Below, piece by piece: positions 10,061 through 21,408 of a stretch of 33,981 nt of DNA. Position 1 is the stretch's first letter. The number at the start of each line of letters is the position of its first letter. The position numbers and the translations under genes were made by a program. This DNA comes from Lama guanicoe. Lineage: Eukaryota. The notes under the pieces are model-generated. The model saw nothing but the letters and a program-made list of their open reading frames with translations. It searched no databases and was not told the DNA's origin. The stretch spans positions 1-33,981 of the forward strand of contig MU053073.1 in the NCBI GenBank assembly GCA_013239625.1. The letters run 5' to 3'.

Positions 10061-10326
10061 AAGGAGGAGGTCCTGGGGAGAGAGAAGCGGAATAGGCCCC
10101 TCTCCTTGACCCTCTTGCCTTCTGGCCTGAGGTAATCTCCAGGGTGCGAGTCAGGAGGGAGAGACCCTCAGCCCCTTCCCAGCACCCCGCCTTCTCTCCC
10201 CTCCTCTCTCTTCCTCTTCTTTCTTCTCCCCCTTGGCCCTTCCTCCCCTCCTCCCTTCCGGCCCTCCCTATCCCACCCCCATTCCTCATCCTTCCCCTCC
10301 AGCATGTTGCCTCCTCCCACCTGTAG

Positions 10327-10377
10327 GCCCAGGCAGAAGCTCAGAGGGAACATGAAGGGGCTGTGCACCTGCTGGAG
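10327..10377 (+). CDS. TSPOAP1: exon 11 (AQAEAQREHEGAVHLLE)
   Basis: tgtAG| acceptor, GAG|GTAGGG donor; 51 nt. Confidence 0.93.
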
Positions 10378-10792
10378 GTAGGGTCCCTGGAGGTGGCCGC
10401 CGGCTTTGCCAGCTTGAGGGGAGGCTGGGGAGGTTCCAAGAGAGCTGGGATGAACTGCCTGGGTGTCAGTGTGGGTGTGGAGGGTATGGGCCTCCAGGAA
10501 GGGCCCTTAAATGCTATAGGGCCTGGGGACCTTCCCTCCACCATTGACCGACTTCTCAGGCCAGAGCACAGTTGGGCAGAGGCTCCTGGGTCTGGTGGCA
10601 GCTGCCTCCCATCGCCACCCACCTTAGAGGCTGCCTCTGCCCTGAAATGTCCTTCCCCTTAGCAACTGCTTAGTCAGTCCTGGGAGCTGACGGGGTGGCG
10701 TCCACCGGGGCCCCTCTCTGCTTCCCTCGCTAAGTGATGACCACAGGGTAAGGATTCTAATGTTTCCTCTGTGCTTTCCTTTCCTGCCACAG

Positions 10793-10813
10793 TCTACCCT
10801 GGATTCCATGCAG
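10793..10813 (+). CDS. TSPOAP1: exon 12, 21-nt microexon (STLDSMQ)
   Basis: Pyrimidine tract plus cacAG|, CAG|GTACAG donor; matches recalled human LLESTLDSMQ. Confidence 0.9.
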
Positions 10814-11616
10814 GTACAGCCTCCTGACCCCCCACCTCCTTGGGGGGTCCCCTCCCCAACACCTCTCCAGACTGGCTGAGCTGCGTCTCCTCCCTCAGGT
10901 CCAAGTGGTCCCGACTCTCATGTCCAATGGCGGGGGTGTGACCGGTAGCAGACCTGAGAATCCATAGATGGGCTAGGCTTCCCGCAGGACATGTGGGCCA
11001 TCCCCTCATCCCACACCTGCCTCTGTGCCTGGCAGACACAGGGCTTTCCCTCCCCTGAAACCTAGTCACTCAGACCACGAGGATGTTCATCACCAGTCAA
11101 CCTGTGATCCCCTTCACGGGGACTCTCCTGATACTTGGGGAAAATTCTTGAGAATTGGCTCATTCCCATCACAAAGATGCCCCTACTGACGTGTGGGATC
11201 TCTCTGGGCCAGGATTTGGGTCACTGACTGTGGGAGGGTTACAAACTATGGAGCTAAGAAAACTTCTGAGGTGATACTGGTGGTGGTGATGGGGGTGGGG
11301 GAGGTGACCCTTTTGGCCTAGAAAGCAGCCAGAAGCAGGAAATGGCCCTGCTGGGGGCATGAGGGTGTGCGGCGTGAGGCAGGCTCCAAGCCTTCTCTGG
11401 GACAGAGTTGGGAGTGAAGGTGTCCCACAGCCCCAGGTCTTCACCCTGAGGCAGACACCTTGCAGGGCAGTGGGGCAGCCAGGCTGAGGAGGGGTGTTCA
11501 GACCTGGGGGCTGGGTGGATGTGATCTGAAGCCCCACATGGGGCTGTGTGGTGATGACCCAGGCTGGATCGGGCAGCCTGGCTAGGCCTGGTGGCTCATT
11601 GTGGGTCTTGGCCCAG

Positions 11617-11821
11617 GTCCGGGTTCGAGAGCTGGAGGAGCAATGTCGCAGCCAGACTGAGCGCTTCAGCCTCTTGGCACAGGAGCTCCAGGCCTTCCGC
11701 CTGCACCCGGGTCCCTTGGATCTGCTCACCTCTGCCCTGGGCTGCAGTACCCTGGGGGACCGCCCGCCACCCCCCTGCTGCTGCTCCACCCCCCAGCCCT
11801 GCCGAGGGGCCGGCCCCAAAG
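11617..11821 (+). CDS. TSPOAP1: exon 13 (VRVRELEEQ...AGPK)
   Basis: cccAG| acceptor, AAG|GTAAGG donor; 205 nt, ends phase 1. Confidence 0.95.
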
Positions 11822-11894
11822 GTAAGGTTGACCCCAGTGACATTAGCCTGGAGTCCCCAGGCCTGGGGCTTTTGTATGGAGCAGAGTTCAGGGT

Positions 11895-11970
11895 CAGCAA
11901 AGACTAGCAACTCACCCAAAGTCACAGAGCAAGTTAGAACCAGGTCTGGCTACAGCCAGGCTCTGATAGA
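11895..11970 (-). mobile_element. MIR fragment
   Basis: aactcacccaaagtcacagagcaagttagaaccaggtctggct resembles the antisense MIR core. Confidence 0.6.
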
Positions 11971-12401
11971 GAGAAAAAAAGAACCTGGAGGAGTGGCTGT
12001 CCCAGGGTCTGGCCCAAGCATCTCAGGCTACTGCTCCTCCACCTCCAAGACCTCTGTGGTCATGGCTGGGAGGTGGGCACCTGGGGTCAGTAGCTGGCAG
12101 TGTGGGCTGGTGGAGAGCCAGTTGGACATCAGTCAGGTCTGGTGGTCCTGGCTCCACTCAGTCCATGGTGCTGTGAAACCTCTGGGGACCCTGTGTCCTA
12201 AGCTTAAGCCAGGAGCATCCAGTGCATCTCATCAGGCTGCTCTGAGTGAGGGTCCTGCAAAATAACATATGTGATCACCTCCACCTCCACTTAGTAAGTT
12301 CCCCCAGTATGGAGGGCCAAGCCCCCAGATCCAGGAAGACCTTTGGTCCCTGGTCACTCCTCAGGCCACAGACCCAAGCCCACATGTCATCTTCTCTTTA
12401 G

Positions 12402-12574
12402 ATCTTGACCTCCCACCGGGCTCCCCAGGGCGCTGCACTCCGAAGTCTTCCGAGCCTGCCCCTGCCACCCTTGCTGGGGTCCCCCGAAGGACTGCCAAGA
12501 AGACAGAATCTCTCTCCAACTCCTCTCGTTCTGAGTCCATCCACAACAGCCCCAAGTCATGCCCCACGCCCGAG
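12402..12574 (+). CDS. TSPOAP1: exon 14 (DLDLPPGSPG...CPTPE)
   Basis: tttAG| acceptor, GAG|GTCAGT donor; 173 nt. Confidence 0.95.
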
Positions 12575-12934
12575 GTCAGTGCTGGGGAGGGGCCTGAGGT
12601 CTGGCTCCGCCTTGGGGAAGGGGGAATGGGGAGGTGGCCCTGACCTCTTCTAGGGTCCCCAGGAGTTGAGTGGCTGCTGGCCCATGTGGGGTCCCAAGGG
12701 GAGCCAGGCCCCGTGGGAGAGGCCAGTGGATTCTTCCTGGTGGGCAGGGAGCTTAGGTGGGGCCCACCCCTGCTCTCCGGGACCTGCCACCAAGCCCTGC
12801 CTTGGGGCCGCCCAGCCCCGCCCCTCTGGGACCCAGAGAGGCCCTGGAGTCCTGGGCTGGATGGAGAGAGACACTTTGGCGCCAAGATCTGCATAATGAG
12901 GCTGTTCAGGAGAGTGTCTGTAGCAGGAGCAGAT

Positions 12935-13160
12935 GGTTATGTGAAATGGAGCGCAGGTTCCAGGATTCAGATCCCAGCTTTGTTTTAGGCAAGTCGCCGA
13001 CCCCTTCTGGGTTTCAGTTTCCTTGTCTGGATTGTGAACTAATAAACCTGTCTGGTAAGGTTGTTGTGAGGATTACGTGAAAAAAAAAATCCAAGGATGG
13101 AGCCTCCCTCAGTGCAGGGCACTCAAGAGATGCTTAACATATGGAAGCTATTATTATTAC
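12935..13160 (+). mobile_element. MIR
   Basis: ttaggcaagtc...tttcagtttccttgtctg...ggttgttgtgaggatta...gctattattatt. Confidence 0.8.
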
Positions 13161-13774
13161 CCAGTTCTTTGGTATCACTCACAACTCTTCTGATGTCCTC
13201 ATCCCTCTCTAACTCCCAAACCCCCAAAAGTGGAGGGGGCAGGTCAGGGGCAGCCCTGCTGTCCAATGTTGTGGAGAGTGGTAGAACCCAGCCCTGGGCC
13301 TCTACTGCCCCCTTGTGGGATAGAAAGGTGGTGCTGGCTGTGGATGCCCCCATTCACCATCTCAGGACCCTCCCCACAGGCACTTCTCAGCCCCTCTACC
13401 TCTGTGCTTCCAGCCCTTTAAGGTCAGAGTGCTTTGCTGTGTCTTTACCTTAAGGAGATAAACTGTCATTGGACACCCACTGCACACCGTTGTGGCTGGC
13501 GCCCCTTTGATGGGGAAAGTGGTCTTATTTACTGGTGCGGCAGAGGCCAGGGCTCAAGGAGGGATCCAGGTTATCCCCCCTCCTTCTACCCAGGGCATCA
13601 GGGCTCGGCCAGGACCTGCTGGCTCAGGTGCTGATTTAGAAAACATGAGGGCTCATCACTGCTCGTCTTGTCCAGCATGTGCTTAACTTCTCTTCTCAAA
13701 ATAATGCCTCCTCTATCTGCTTTGCCATTGGCCCTGCATCATGGAGAGGACTGGTCCTTTCTGTTTGCCCCCAG

Positions 13775-13890
13775 GTGGACACAGCCAGTGAGGTGGAGGA
13801 GCTGGAGGTGGACAGCGTCTCCCTGCTTCCAGCAGCGCCGGAGGGCACCCGGGGAGGAGCCAGGATCCAGGTCTTCCTAGCTCGCTACAG
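13775..13890 (+). CDS. TSPOAP1: exon 15 (VDTASEVEE...FLARY), start of SH3-1
   Basis: cccAG| acceptor, CAG|GTAGGC donor; 116 nt. Confidence 0.95.
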
Positions 13891-14177
13891 GTAGGCCCCT
13901 CCCTGCCGCTCCCCATTCCCGCAGCATTTGGGGTGTATCGGAGGAAGGGGGCGGGTGAAGATAGCAGCACCATCTGGAGATGGTGGGAGTGATTCAGGGA
14001 TCCCAGTTGGACACATCCTCTTAACCTAGTTGGGCTGAGGTGGGCACAGTGAGTGATCCACTTGGTTAACAGTGCACAGCCAAGTCTCATAGAGGCCAAG
14101 TGCATTGGAGGAGAGGATACAGGACCCGGAGGGAGAATGTCAGTCGCTGTCCTCCTCCTCTGCACCTTTTCCCACAG

Positions 14178-14287
14178 CTACAACCCCTTCGAGGGCCCCA
14201 ATGAGAACCCGGAGGCAGAGCTTCCGCTCACTGCTGGCGAGTACATCTATGTCTATGGCAGCATGGACGAGGATGGCTTCTTTGAAG
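14178..14287 (+). CDS. TSPOAP1: exon 16 ([16 protein letters not shown]...GFFE), SH3-1
   Basis: cacAG| acceptor, AAG|GTAGGA donor; 110 nt. Confidence 0.96.
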
Positions 14288-15196
14288 GTAGGAAGGTAGT
14301 GGGGATCGTTCTGTCCCTTCCCCTGCTTTTAAGCTCCTCTCCCCAAAGACCCCCACCCATCCGTATCCTCTCAGCCCACTGTAACTTCTCTAACTCAGCT
14401 AAAAGGTGTACAGAGACCCAGCAGCCTGCGGGGAAAGGGTACGGGAGGACTCTGGAAGCAGCTGGTCCGACCCCAGGTCTGCCCCACGTAGGGCAGGACA
14501 GGGCCACCACAGTCCATATGGTGGACAGAGTGTCACAGGGAATTCAGCTAAATTCTCTTCTGCACTGGCAGACAGGGCGTGGCAGTGCTTAACGCTAGTG
14601 ACCTAGGTCAGGCATGGAGCATAGATCTGATGCTGGACTCCAGTCTGTGTGGGAAGAGGAATCAGGGGCCAAACCCAAGCAAAGGATGTTAGCAAGTGGT
14701 TAGCAGTTATCAGGGCCCTGGCAGGGCGGAGCTTCAGGGCAGTTCTCCAGTGCCTGTGGGGAGATCGGGCAGTCGAGGCAGATGCCCCATTACTGAAACT
14801 GAGCAACAGGGCAGGGCCTGCAGAAGAAAGGGCTCTGGGAGACTCCCCAGGGTGGTCCTGGCCAGGCACCTGGCTGCATCCTTCCACAGCGGGGAGGATG
14901 GCACTGCGGGGAGGAGTCCGGGGTGAGATGTGGACAGGGCAGGGCGAGAGCTGTAACCTTGTGTGGGGATTTAGGAAAGTGGTTTGGTCTGGGTCTGTAA
15001 CACCCAGAGCTTTGAGAGTGTGAGGCCAGGACTTCAGAGCTTGCTCCTTCCTGGGCCCCATGCCTGTTATTTGAGTAGGTGCTAAGAATGATAATAAACA
15101 GCTAAACTCTCTATAGGGATGGATAATGGAGAGCAGGATTAAGTAGCTCCCAGGAAAATGACTTTTTTAATGAAAAAAAATCAAAACATCAAAAAC

Positions 15197-15310
15197 GGGG
15201 AGATAATTAGGTTTGTGTGTTTGTTTGTTTATTGGAGGCATTGGGGATGGAACCCAGGTCCCTGGGCATGCCAAGCCCTAGGTCTGCCACTGAGCTCTAC
15301 CCACCACCCC
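15197..15310 (-). mobile_element. tRNA-derived SINE, Vic-1-like (camelid)
   Basis: Reverse complement ggtagagctcagtggcaga (A box)...ctgggttccatcccca (B box)...aataaacaaacaaa...cctaattatctcccc. Confidence 0.75.
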
Positions 15311-15600
15311 AAACATAAGTATTGACTCCCCGAAAATCACTGGAATTTGAACTATGCCATCTGGAATGACTGAAAGACACGTAGACCACTGGGTGCAAGG
15401 TGCTCTATTCCTCATCATACTTTGGCTAAGTGACTGCTTCATCCTCATCTGGTCCCACCTGGACTGCTCTCTAGGGCACGAGCTTCAGAAGCAAGAGACT
15501 GACTCTGGCCCAGGCTCCAGCACTAGCCTTTCAGGGCTGTAGATCTGCTTAGTGTGATGGCTCCGACCTTTAAGGTCGCACTCCTTAGTGTTGGTGGCTG

Positions 15601-16054
15601 TGTTGATTTCCTAGGGTTGCTGGAACAAATTTCCACCAACTGGAGGGCTTAAAGCAACGGAATGGTGTTCCCTCAGAGCTCCGGAGTCTGAAATCAAGGT
15701 GTTGGCAGAGCCAACCCCCTCCCCCCCCGAGGCTCTAGGGGAGATTCGGTTCCTTGTCCCTTTCAGTTTCTGGTGGCTCCAGGTGTTCCTTGCTTGTGGC
15801 CACATCACTCCAGTCTCTGCATCCATAGTTTATTGGCTCCTCTTCTTCTCTTGGTGTCCCTCCCTGTGTGTCTCTTATAAGGACACTTGTCATTGGATTT
15901 AGGACCCACCCAGATAATCCAGGATGATCTCATCTCAAGCTCCTTAACGTAATTGCCTCTGCAAAGACGCTTTTCCCAAATAAAGTCATAATCACAGGAT
16001 CCAAGGTTTAGGATGTGGACATATTTGGGGGAGGCCAGCTTTCAGCCCACTGCA
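15601..16054 (-). mobile_element. MaLR solo LTR (MLT1C-like)
   Basis: tcttataaggacacttgtcattggatttagg...tccaggatgatctcatctcaag...tctgcaaagac hallmark. Confidence 0.88.
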
Positions 16055-16659
16055 GTGCTTATTTTATCCAATTTATTGAAAATCTCTTTTGTTTTCTTCT
16101 TCAAGTTTCCTTATTTTTTCTTTTTCCCTCCTAGCATAAGCAGAAAGAGAGGGTATTGGGGAAACTCACCTGCCCTTCTGCAGCTCAGGCCAGCCTACAC
16201 CCGCCCTCTGCCCTAAGCCCTGGCCCTGCTCCTCCTTTCTCCCAGTAAGGCACACAGCTGCCAGCTTATCTGTCCCCTGGGAATCTTTCTCCTTCTCCCA
16301 AATTAGCTGTGATATGACAGGCTGTGTCCCCAATTTCTGCGTTCCTTAACAGCTCACAAACAAACAACAACAAATGTTATATAATACTCTCATGCCGAGT
16401 GTTCAGGGGAACTGGCACAGGGCCACAGAACTTACCTCTGGTTGCTGTCTGGACTGACTGCCAGTGATGCTCCTGGATCCAGGCCTGCTGTGGGCCCCTA
16501 TCCCTTCTAGAGCCCACAGGGGACTCTCTTCTCTAGCACGTCTGTCTTTTGTCCCTAAAGATCCCTTCCCTTATTCTGACCAGAGGGGGCTTCCCTCTCC
16601 CTTCGAGGATGTCTGTTTTCCCTACAGAAGATGAAGGGTGCCCCTGCCCTCACTCCTCA

Positions 16660-16892
16660 GGCCTGTGTAATATGACAGTTTTCAAACGTACAGAAATATT
16701 AAAGAATGCTACAGTGAACACCTATGTACTCACCACTGTAGATTCAACGGTTGTCAGCATTTTGCCATAATTGCTTTTTCTATGTGTGGGTTAAAAAAGA
16801 AAAACAATTTAAAAGCAAGTCGTAGACAGATGACATTTTACCTCGACACCCTTCAACATGCATCTCCTTAGAACATGAGCGTTCTCCTACAT
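16660..16892 (-). mobile_element. ancient L1 3' end fragment (L1MC-like)
   Basis: ttcaaacgtacagaaa...gtgaacacctatgtactcacca...cttcaacatgcatctcct...ttctcctacat. Confidence 0.7.
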
Positions 16893-17029
16893 TCCTGCAG
16901 CATCAGCATCACCCGGGAGCTTGTCGGAAATGCAGACGCTCAGCCCCACGCAGACTTAGCTGAGTTAGAATCTGCGTTTTAACAAATCTCCGGGTGATTC
17001 CTCCGCACAGTAACGTCTAAGCCGCACTG
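16893..17029. mobile_element. MER5-like hAT-Charlie DNA transposon fragment
   Basis: cagcatcagcatcacccgggagcttg..gaaatgcag...gaatctgcgttttaacaa...ggtgattc. Confidence 0.8.
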
Positions 17030-17239
17030 TCCTGTATTACCGCGGTGCTCTGAAAATGAACCCTAACGCCCTAATGCAGACCTTGACCGCTCTTGTCGTT
17101 TAAAAGTGCTGACAGGTCACTGTTGATCCGACTCAAATGCTTACGATCGCCCACTAACTGTTGCTCAAGTGCACTCATTGGACTGCGCGGTCTCTCTGCC
17201 TCCTCTCTGTCTTCCCCTCCCTCGCCCTCCCTCTGCCAG

Positions 17240-18070
17240 GAGAGCTCGTGGACGGCCGAAGAGGCCTGGTCCCTTCCAATTTTGTAGAGCGGGTGTCCGA
17301 CGACGACCTCCTGACGTCCCTCCCTCCGGAGCTGGCCGATTTGTCCCACAGCTCAGGCCCCGAACTCAGCTTCCTGAGCGGAGGGGGGGGTGGCAGCAGC
17401 AGTGGGGGCCAGAGCAGCGGGGGACGCAGCCAGCCAAGACCAGAGGAAGAGGCCGCAGGGGACGAGCTCGGTCTGAGCCCCCCGCCCGAGGGCCTGGGGG
17501 AGCCCCCAGCTGTGCCTTACCCCCGAGGTCTGGCCATCCTCAAGCAGCTGCCCCACAGCGTGGTGCTGGCCTGGGAGCCGCCTCCCAAGCAGGTGGAGCT
17601 GCGGGGTTACCATATCTGTGTGGATGGGGAGCTGCGTCAGGCCCTGGGGCCCGGGGCGCCCCCCACGGCTGTGCTGGAGAACCTGGACCTGCGGGCGGGG
17701 CCCCTCCGGGTTTCCGTGCAGGCCCTGACCAGCCGGGGCAGCTCTGACCCTCTACGCTGCTGCGTGGCGTTGGGTGCCCGGGCCGGGCTGGTACCTAGCC
17801 AGCTGCGGGTCCATCGACTGACAGCCACGTCTGCTGAGATCACCTGGGTGCCCAGCAATAGCAACTTGGCCCATGCCATCTACCTCAATGGGGAAGAGTG
17901 CCCCCCTGCCCGTCCCAGCACCTACTGGGCCACCTTCTGCCACCTGCGGCCTGGTACACTCTATCAGGCCCGAGTGGAGGCTCAGCTCCCACCTCGAGGG
18001 CCCCGGGAACCAGACTGGGAGAGGCTGGAGCAGCAGGCTGCCACCCTGCAGTTCACCACACTCCCAGCAG
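17240..18070 (+). CDS. TSPOAP1: exon 17 (GELVDGRRGLVPSNF...FTTLPA), end of SH3-1 plus FN3-1/2
   Basis: gccAG| acceptor, CAG|GTATGC donor; 831 nt. Confidence 0.96.
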
Positions 18071-18245
18071 GTATGCGTGCTCGGGCACCTGGTGTCTGTA
18101 ACATTCGGGAAGAAGGTGTCAGGCCACAGGTGCTGGTGGAAGGGGAGGCTGTTGCTACTTGTGTTTTTAGGGACATGGAAAAGTGGGCTGTTACCTCTGG
18201 CGGTGAGTGTCCTGCATTAGCGGGTCTTGTGCCCCCTTCCTGCAG

Positions 18246-18397
18246 GCCCGCCTGATGCCCCCCTGGATGTGCAGATTGAGCCAGGGCCCTCCCCTGGAAT
18301 CTTGATCATCAGCTGGCTCCCAGTAACGATTGATGCTGCTGGCACCTCCAACGGCGTCCGGGTCACAGGCTACGCCATTTACGCTGATGGGCAAAAG
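18246..18397 (+). CDS. TSPOAP1: exon 18 ([10 protein letters not shown]...ADGQK), FN3-3
   Basis: tgcAG| acceptor, AAG|GTATGG donor; 152 nt. Confidence 0.96.
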
Positions 18398-18509
18398 GTA
18401 TGGCCTGGGGACTCTGCCCATCTCTACTCTAGGAGCAGGATGTAGGTCTCTCCTTGCCATGCTCAGAGGCCTGGTCTCCCCAGCCTGGCACAGAGATGCC
18501 CGGCATTTG

Positions 18510-18665
18510 GGCACTGTGTAACAGATTGGTTAAGAGCATGCGCTTTGGTAGCAGGTGACTGGGATTCAAAAACTGCTCCACCACTGAAGCCACGTGGCCA
18601 GGAGGCTCAGATGAGATGAGGCGCCAAAGGCTCAGTGCAGTGCCCGACATAATGCTGCTGTCATG
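18510..18665 (+). mobile_element. MIR fragment
   Basis: ggttaagagcatgcgctttgg...tgggattcaaa...gctccaccact. Confidence 0.6.
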
Positions 18666-18727
18666 GTGTCCTCACACTTGGCCATCTCAGCCTCCCTTTC
18701 CCATCCTGTGCTCCCTCCACCCTGCAG

Positions 18728-19105
18728 ATCATGGAGGTGGCCTCGCCCACAGCAGGCAGCGTGCTGGTGGAGCTGTCCCAGCTTCAGCTGCTGCAGGTGT
18801 GCCGCGAGGTGGCCGTGCGCACCATGTCGCCACACGGCGAGTCGGCCGACTCCATCCCGGCTCCTGTCGCCCCAGCCCTGGCCAAGGCTTGCTTGCCAGC
18901 CAGGGTCTCCTGCCTCTCACCACGACCAGGCTCAGAGGCCAGACCACCCCTTGCCCCAGCCTCCCCAGGTCCTGGGGACCCTAGCTCTTCCCTTCGGTGC
19001 CCTGACCCCCGTGGAACTCAAGAACCCCCCGGGGCCCCCCCAGCAAGCCCTTCCAGAGAGACACCAAAAAGATCCCAAGCGGAGCGCCCAGCACCTTGCT
19101 CCCAG
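18728..19105 (+). CDS. TSPOAP1: exon 19 (IMEVASPTAG...APCSQ)
   Basis: tgcAG| acceptor, CAG|GTACCT donor; 378 nt. Confidence 0.94.
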
Positions 19106-19190
19106 GTACCTCGCTGGGGAGCGGAGGAGCAGGTGGAGGCTGGGAGAAGGGTCTGGGGCTTGGACTCTTCCTCGGTACCTGCCATTCCAG

Positions 19191-19430
19191 GAGGAGGCCG
19201 GGGCAGCTGCACCGAATGCCTCAGGGGACAGGAAGGCCAGTGAGCCATCCTTGGAAGAGCAAGTTCCTGGCCCTGCTGTTTCCTCCCTGGCCAAAGAGGA
19301 GGCTGAGCAGACCGCGGGAGAGGCCCTCCCGGCCCCTGGCTCCACCCCGGCCGCGCTGGCCCAGAGGCTGCCCTGTGCCGAGGCCTGCCGTGGAGGGGAC
19401 ACAGGGTCTGCGCTGAGGCCCAGGGCTGAG
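19191..19430 (+). CDS. TSPOAP1: exon 20 (EEAGAAAP...RPRAE)
   Basis: tccAG| acceptor, GAG|GTATGG donor; 240 nt. Confidence 0.92.
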
Positions 19431-19773
19431 GTATGGGGCTGGGGACACACTGGGACCCCTCAAGGAATCGGGGTCCTCCTCTCTGCCTCTGCCAGTCAAA
19501 GTCTGGTTACCCACTCTGTTCCCTGCTCTGCTCTGGCTTTGTTCTATGCTGTGTATGGCTGTTTCTTTGTCACTTTATCGTTCAGATTTCTTTCCCTCTT
19601 GGCTGCCATCCTTCTTCCTCACCCCCAGTGTGCATCTCCTCCATTTGGGGCATGACCTTCTCTCCTGCCAAGGGACCCCGTTCATTCCGGCTGGGGCTGA
19701 CCCTGCCCGAGTCTGCCCACCCCCTGGGGTTGCCTCACTGCCCTCCCTTCCTCCTTTGTCTTTGCTCTTGCAG

Positions 19774-19950
19774 CGGGAGGACACAGCAGAGCTCGGGGTC
19801 CGTCTGGGGAACTCTCTTGTGGACCATGGCCGCAATTCAGATCTGTCAGATATCCAGGAGGAGGAGGAGGAGGAGGAGGAGCTGGGTGTCAGGACTTGCT
19901 CTTTCCAGAAGCAGGTTGCTGGCAACAGCATCAGGGAGAAGGGGGCCAAG
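19774..19950 (+). CDS. TSPOAP1: exon 21 (REDTAELG...SDLSDIQE8...KGAK)
   Basis: tgcAG| acceptor, AAG|GTAACG donor; 177 nt. Confidence 0.94.
19858..19881 (+). repeat. coding (GAG)8 poly-Glu
   Basis: Counted directly in exon 21. Confidence 0.95.
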
Positions 19951-20541
19951 GTAACGGGGTGAGGAGGGGCTGGTGGGCCCTAGACCCCTGGTTCCAGGGA
20001 CCTCTACCCCACGTGTCAGCAGCTGCTCCTGCTGCCACCGAGTGCCAGAGGTGGTCTAGGTGTGTGGCCCGAGCCCCGTCCTGTGCCTCAGATAGGAAGT
20101 GGCTCATGCTTTGCCTCTGCCCTCCTGGGAGGAAGGGAAGATGAGGCGCTCTTTTCTGCATCTTCTCCTGCTCAGACCCTCCAGAAGCAGTGCCCTGGCC
20201 ATCTGAGAGCCTGATGTTGGGAGCTTCCAGGGAGGGGGCGGGAGGCCTCCCTGCTATTACAGGCATAGCCTGCTCCCTGATGCTCTTGCCTCTCGGAGGG
20301 TCCCAGCGTCCGTTCAGCCTCTTCCTTGGGAGTGTTCCCTAATTCTTCCTCTCGCTCTGCCCTGGATGTGCTGCGTGGCTTGGGGCCAGGCCTCTCTTTC
20401 TGGTCCTTCCTTTTGGAGGAAGCTGAGGGAGGGCTATGGGGTTGCCTACAACCCCTGCCCTCATTTGAGGGCTAAGGTCACAACTCTGTCCTTTTCCTAC
20501 GGACCTCTCTTCCCTGCTACCCTCCCCCCCCCCACCCCTAG

Positions 20542-21408
20542 CCTGAGCCCGAGCCCTGCTGTGAGACTGACAGCGACGAGGAGATCTTGGAGCAAATCCT
20601 GGAGCTGCCCCTCCAGCAGTTCTGCAGCAAGAAGCTCTTTAGCATCCCTGAGGAGGAGGAGGAGGAGGAGGAGGAGGAGGAAGAGGAGAATGCGGAGAAC
20701 GAGGAGAATGAGAAGAGGCCAGGGGCAGGCTGTTCCTTCCGAGACCCTGGCCCACCTGAACCTGCATTGCTGGGGTTGGGCTGTGACAGCGGTCGGCCCC
20801 GAGGACCTGGTCTATGTCCCTTGTCTCCTGAGCCCTCCAGAGCTGGGGACCGCCCAGAGGACATGCCTGGACTAGTTGGTGGAAGCAGCTGGAGAGGAAG
20901 AAGTGGGTCTCCTGAGAAGCCCCCAAACCGCAGGCGGTCCCCAGATCCCCGTGAACACTGCAGCCGGCTTCTCAGCAACGCCGGGTCCCAGGCCTCGGGA
21001 CGACCAGGCCCCGCACGGGAGAAGGGTAGCCCCACTGTGGTCGAGGGCAGCAGGGCTGGACCAGAGGCTGGTGGGAGAGGGCGGCCAGCTCACTCGAGGA
21101 AGTGCACCCGTGGCCGGGCCCCAGAATCCAACCTGGCCAGCTGCCTCTCCCCGAAGTGCTTGGAAATCAGCATCGAATACGATTCTGAGGAAGAGCAGGA
21201 GGCGGGCGGCGGGGGCGTCAGCTACACCGGCTCCTGCCACCTCGGAGATGGGGAGGCCTGGGGCACAGCCCCCGTAGGAAGGCCGCGGGGGCCTCCTAAG
21301 GCCAGTTCAGGCCCCAACCCCTACCCACGCCTCCCGGCCTGGGAGAAAGGGGAGCCAGAGCGGAGAGGCCGCAGTGCAACTGGCAGAACCAAGGAGTCAC
21401 CCTCCCGG
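20542..21408 (+). CDS. TSPOAP1: exon 22 (PEPEPCCETDSDEEILEQ...KESPSR)
   Basis: cctAG| acceptor, weak CGG|GTCCGT donor; 867 nt, phase 0/0. Confidence 0.9.
20650..20688 (+). repeat. coding (GAG)10GAA(GAG)2 poly-Glu
   Basis: Counted directly in exon 22. Confidence 0.95.

Noticed and set aside
15230..15310. tRNA gene
   Set aside because: Degenerate cloverleaf with an A-rich tail; better explained as a SINE.
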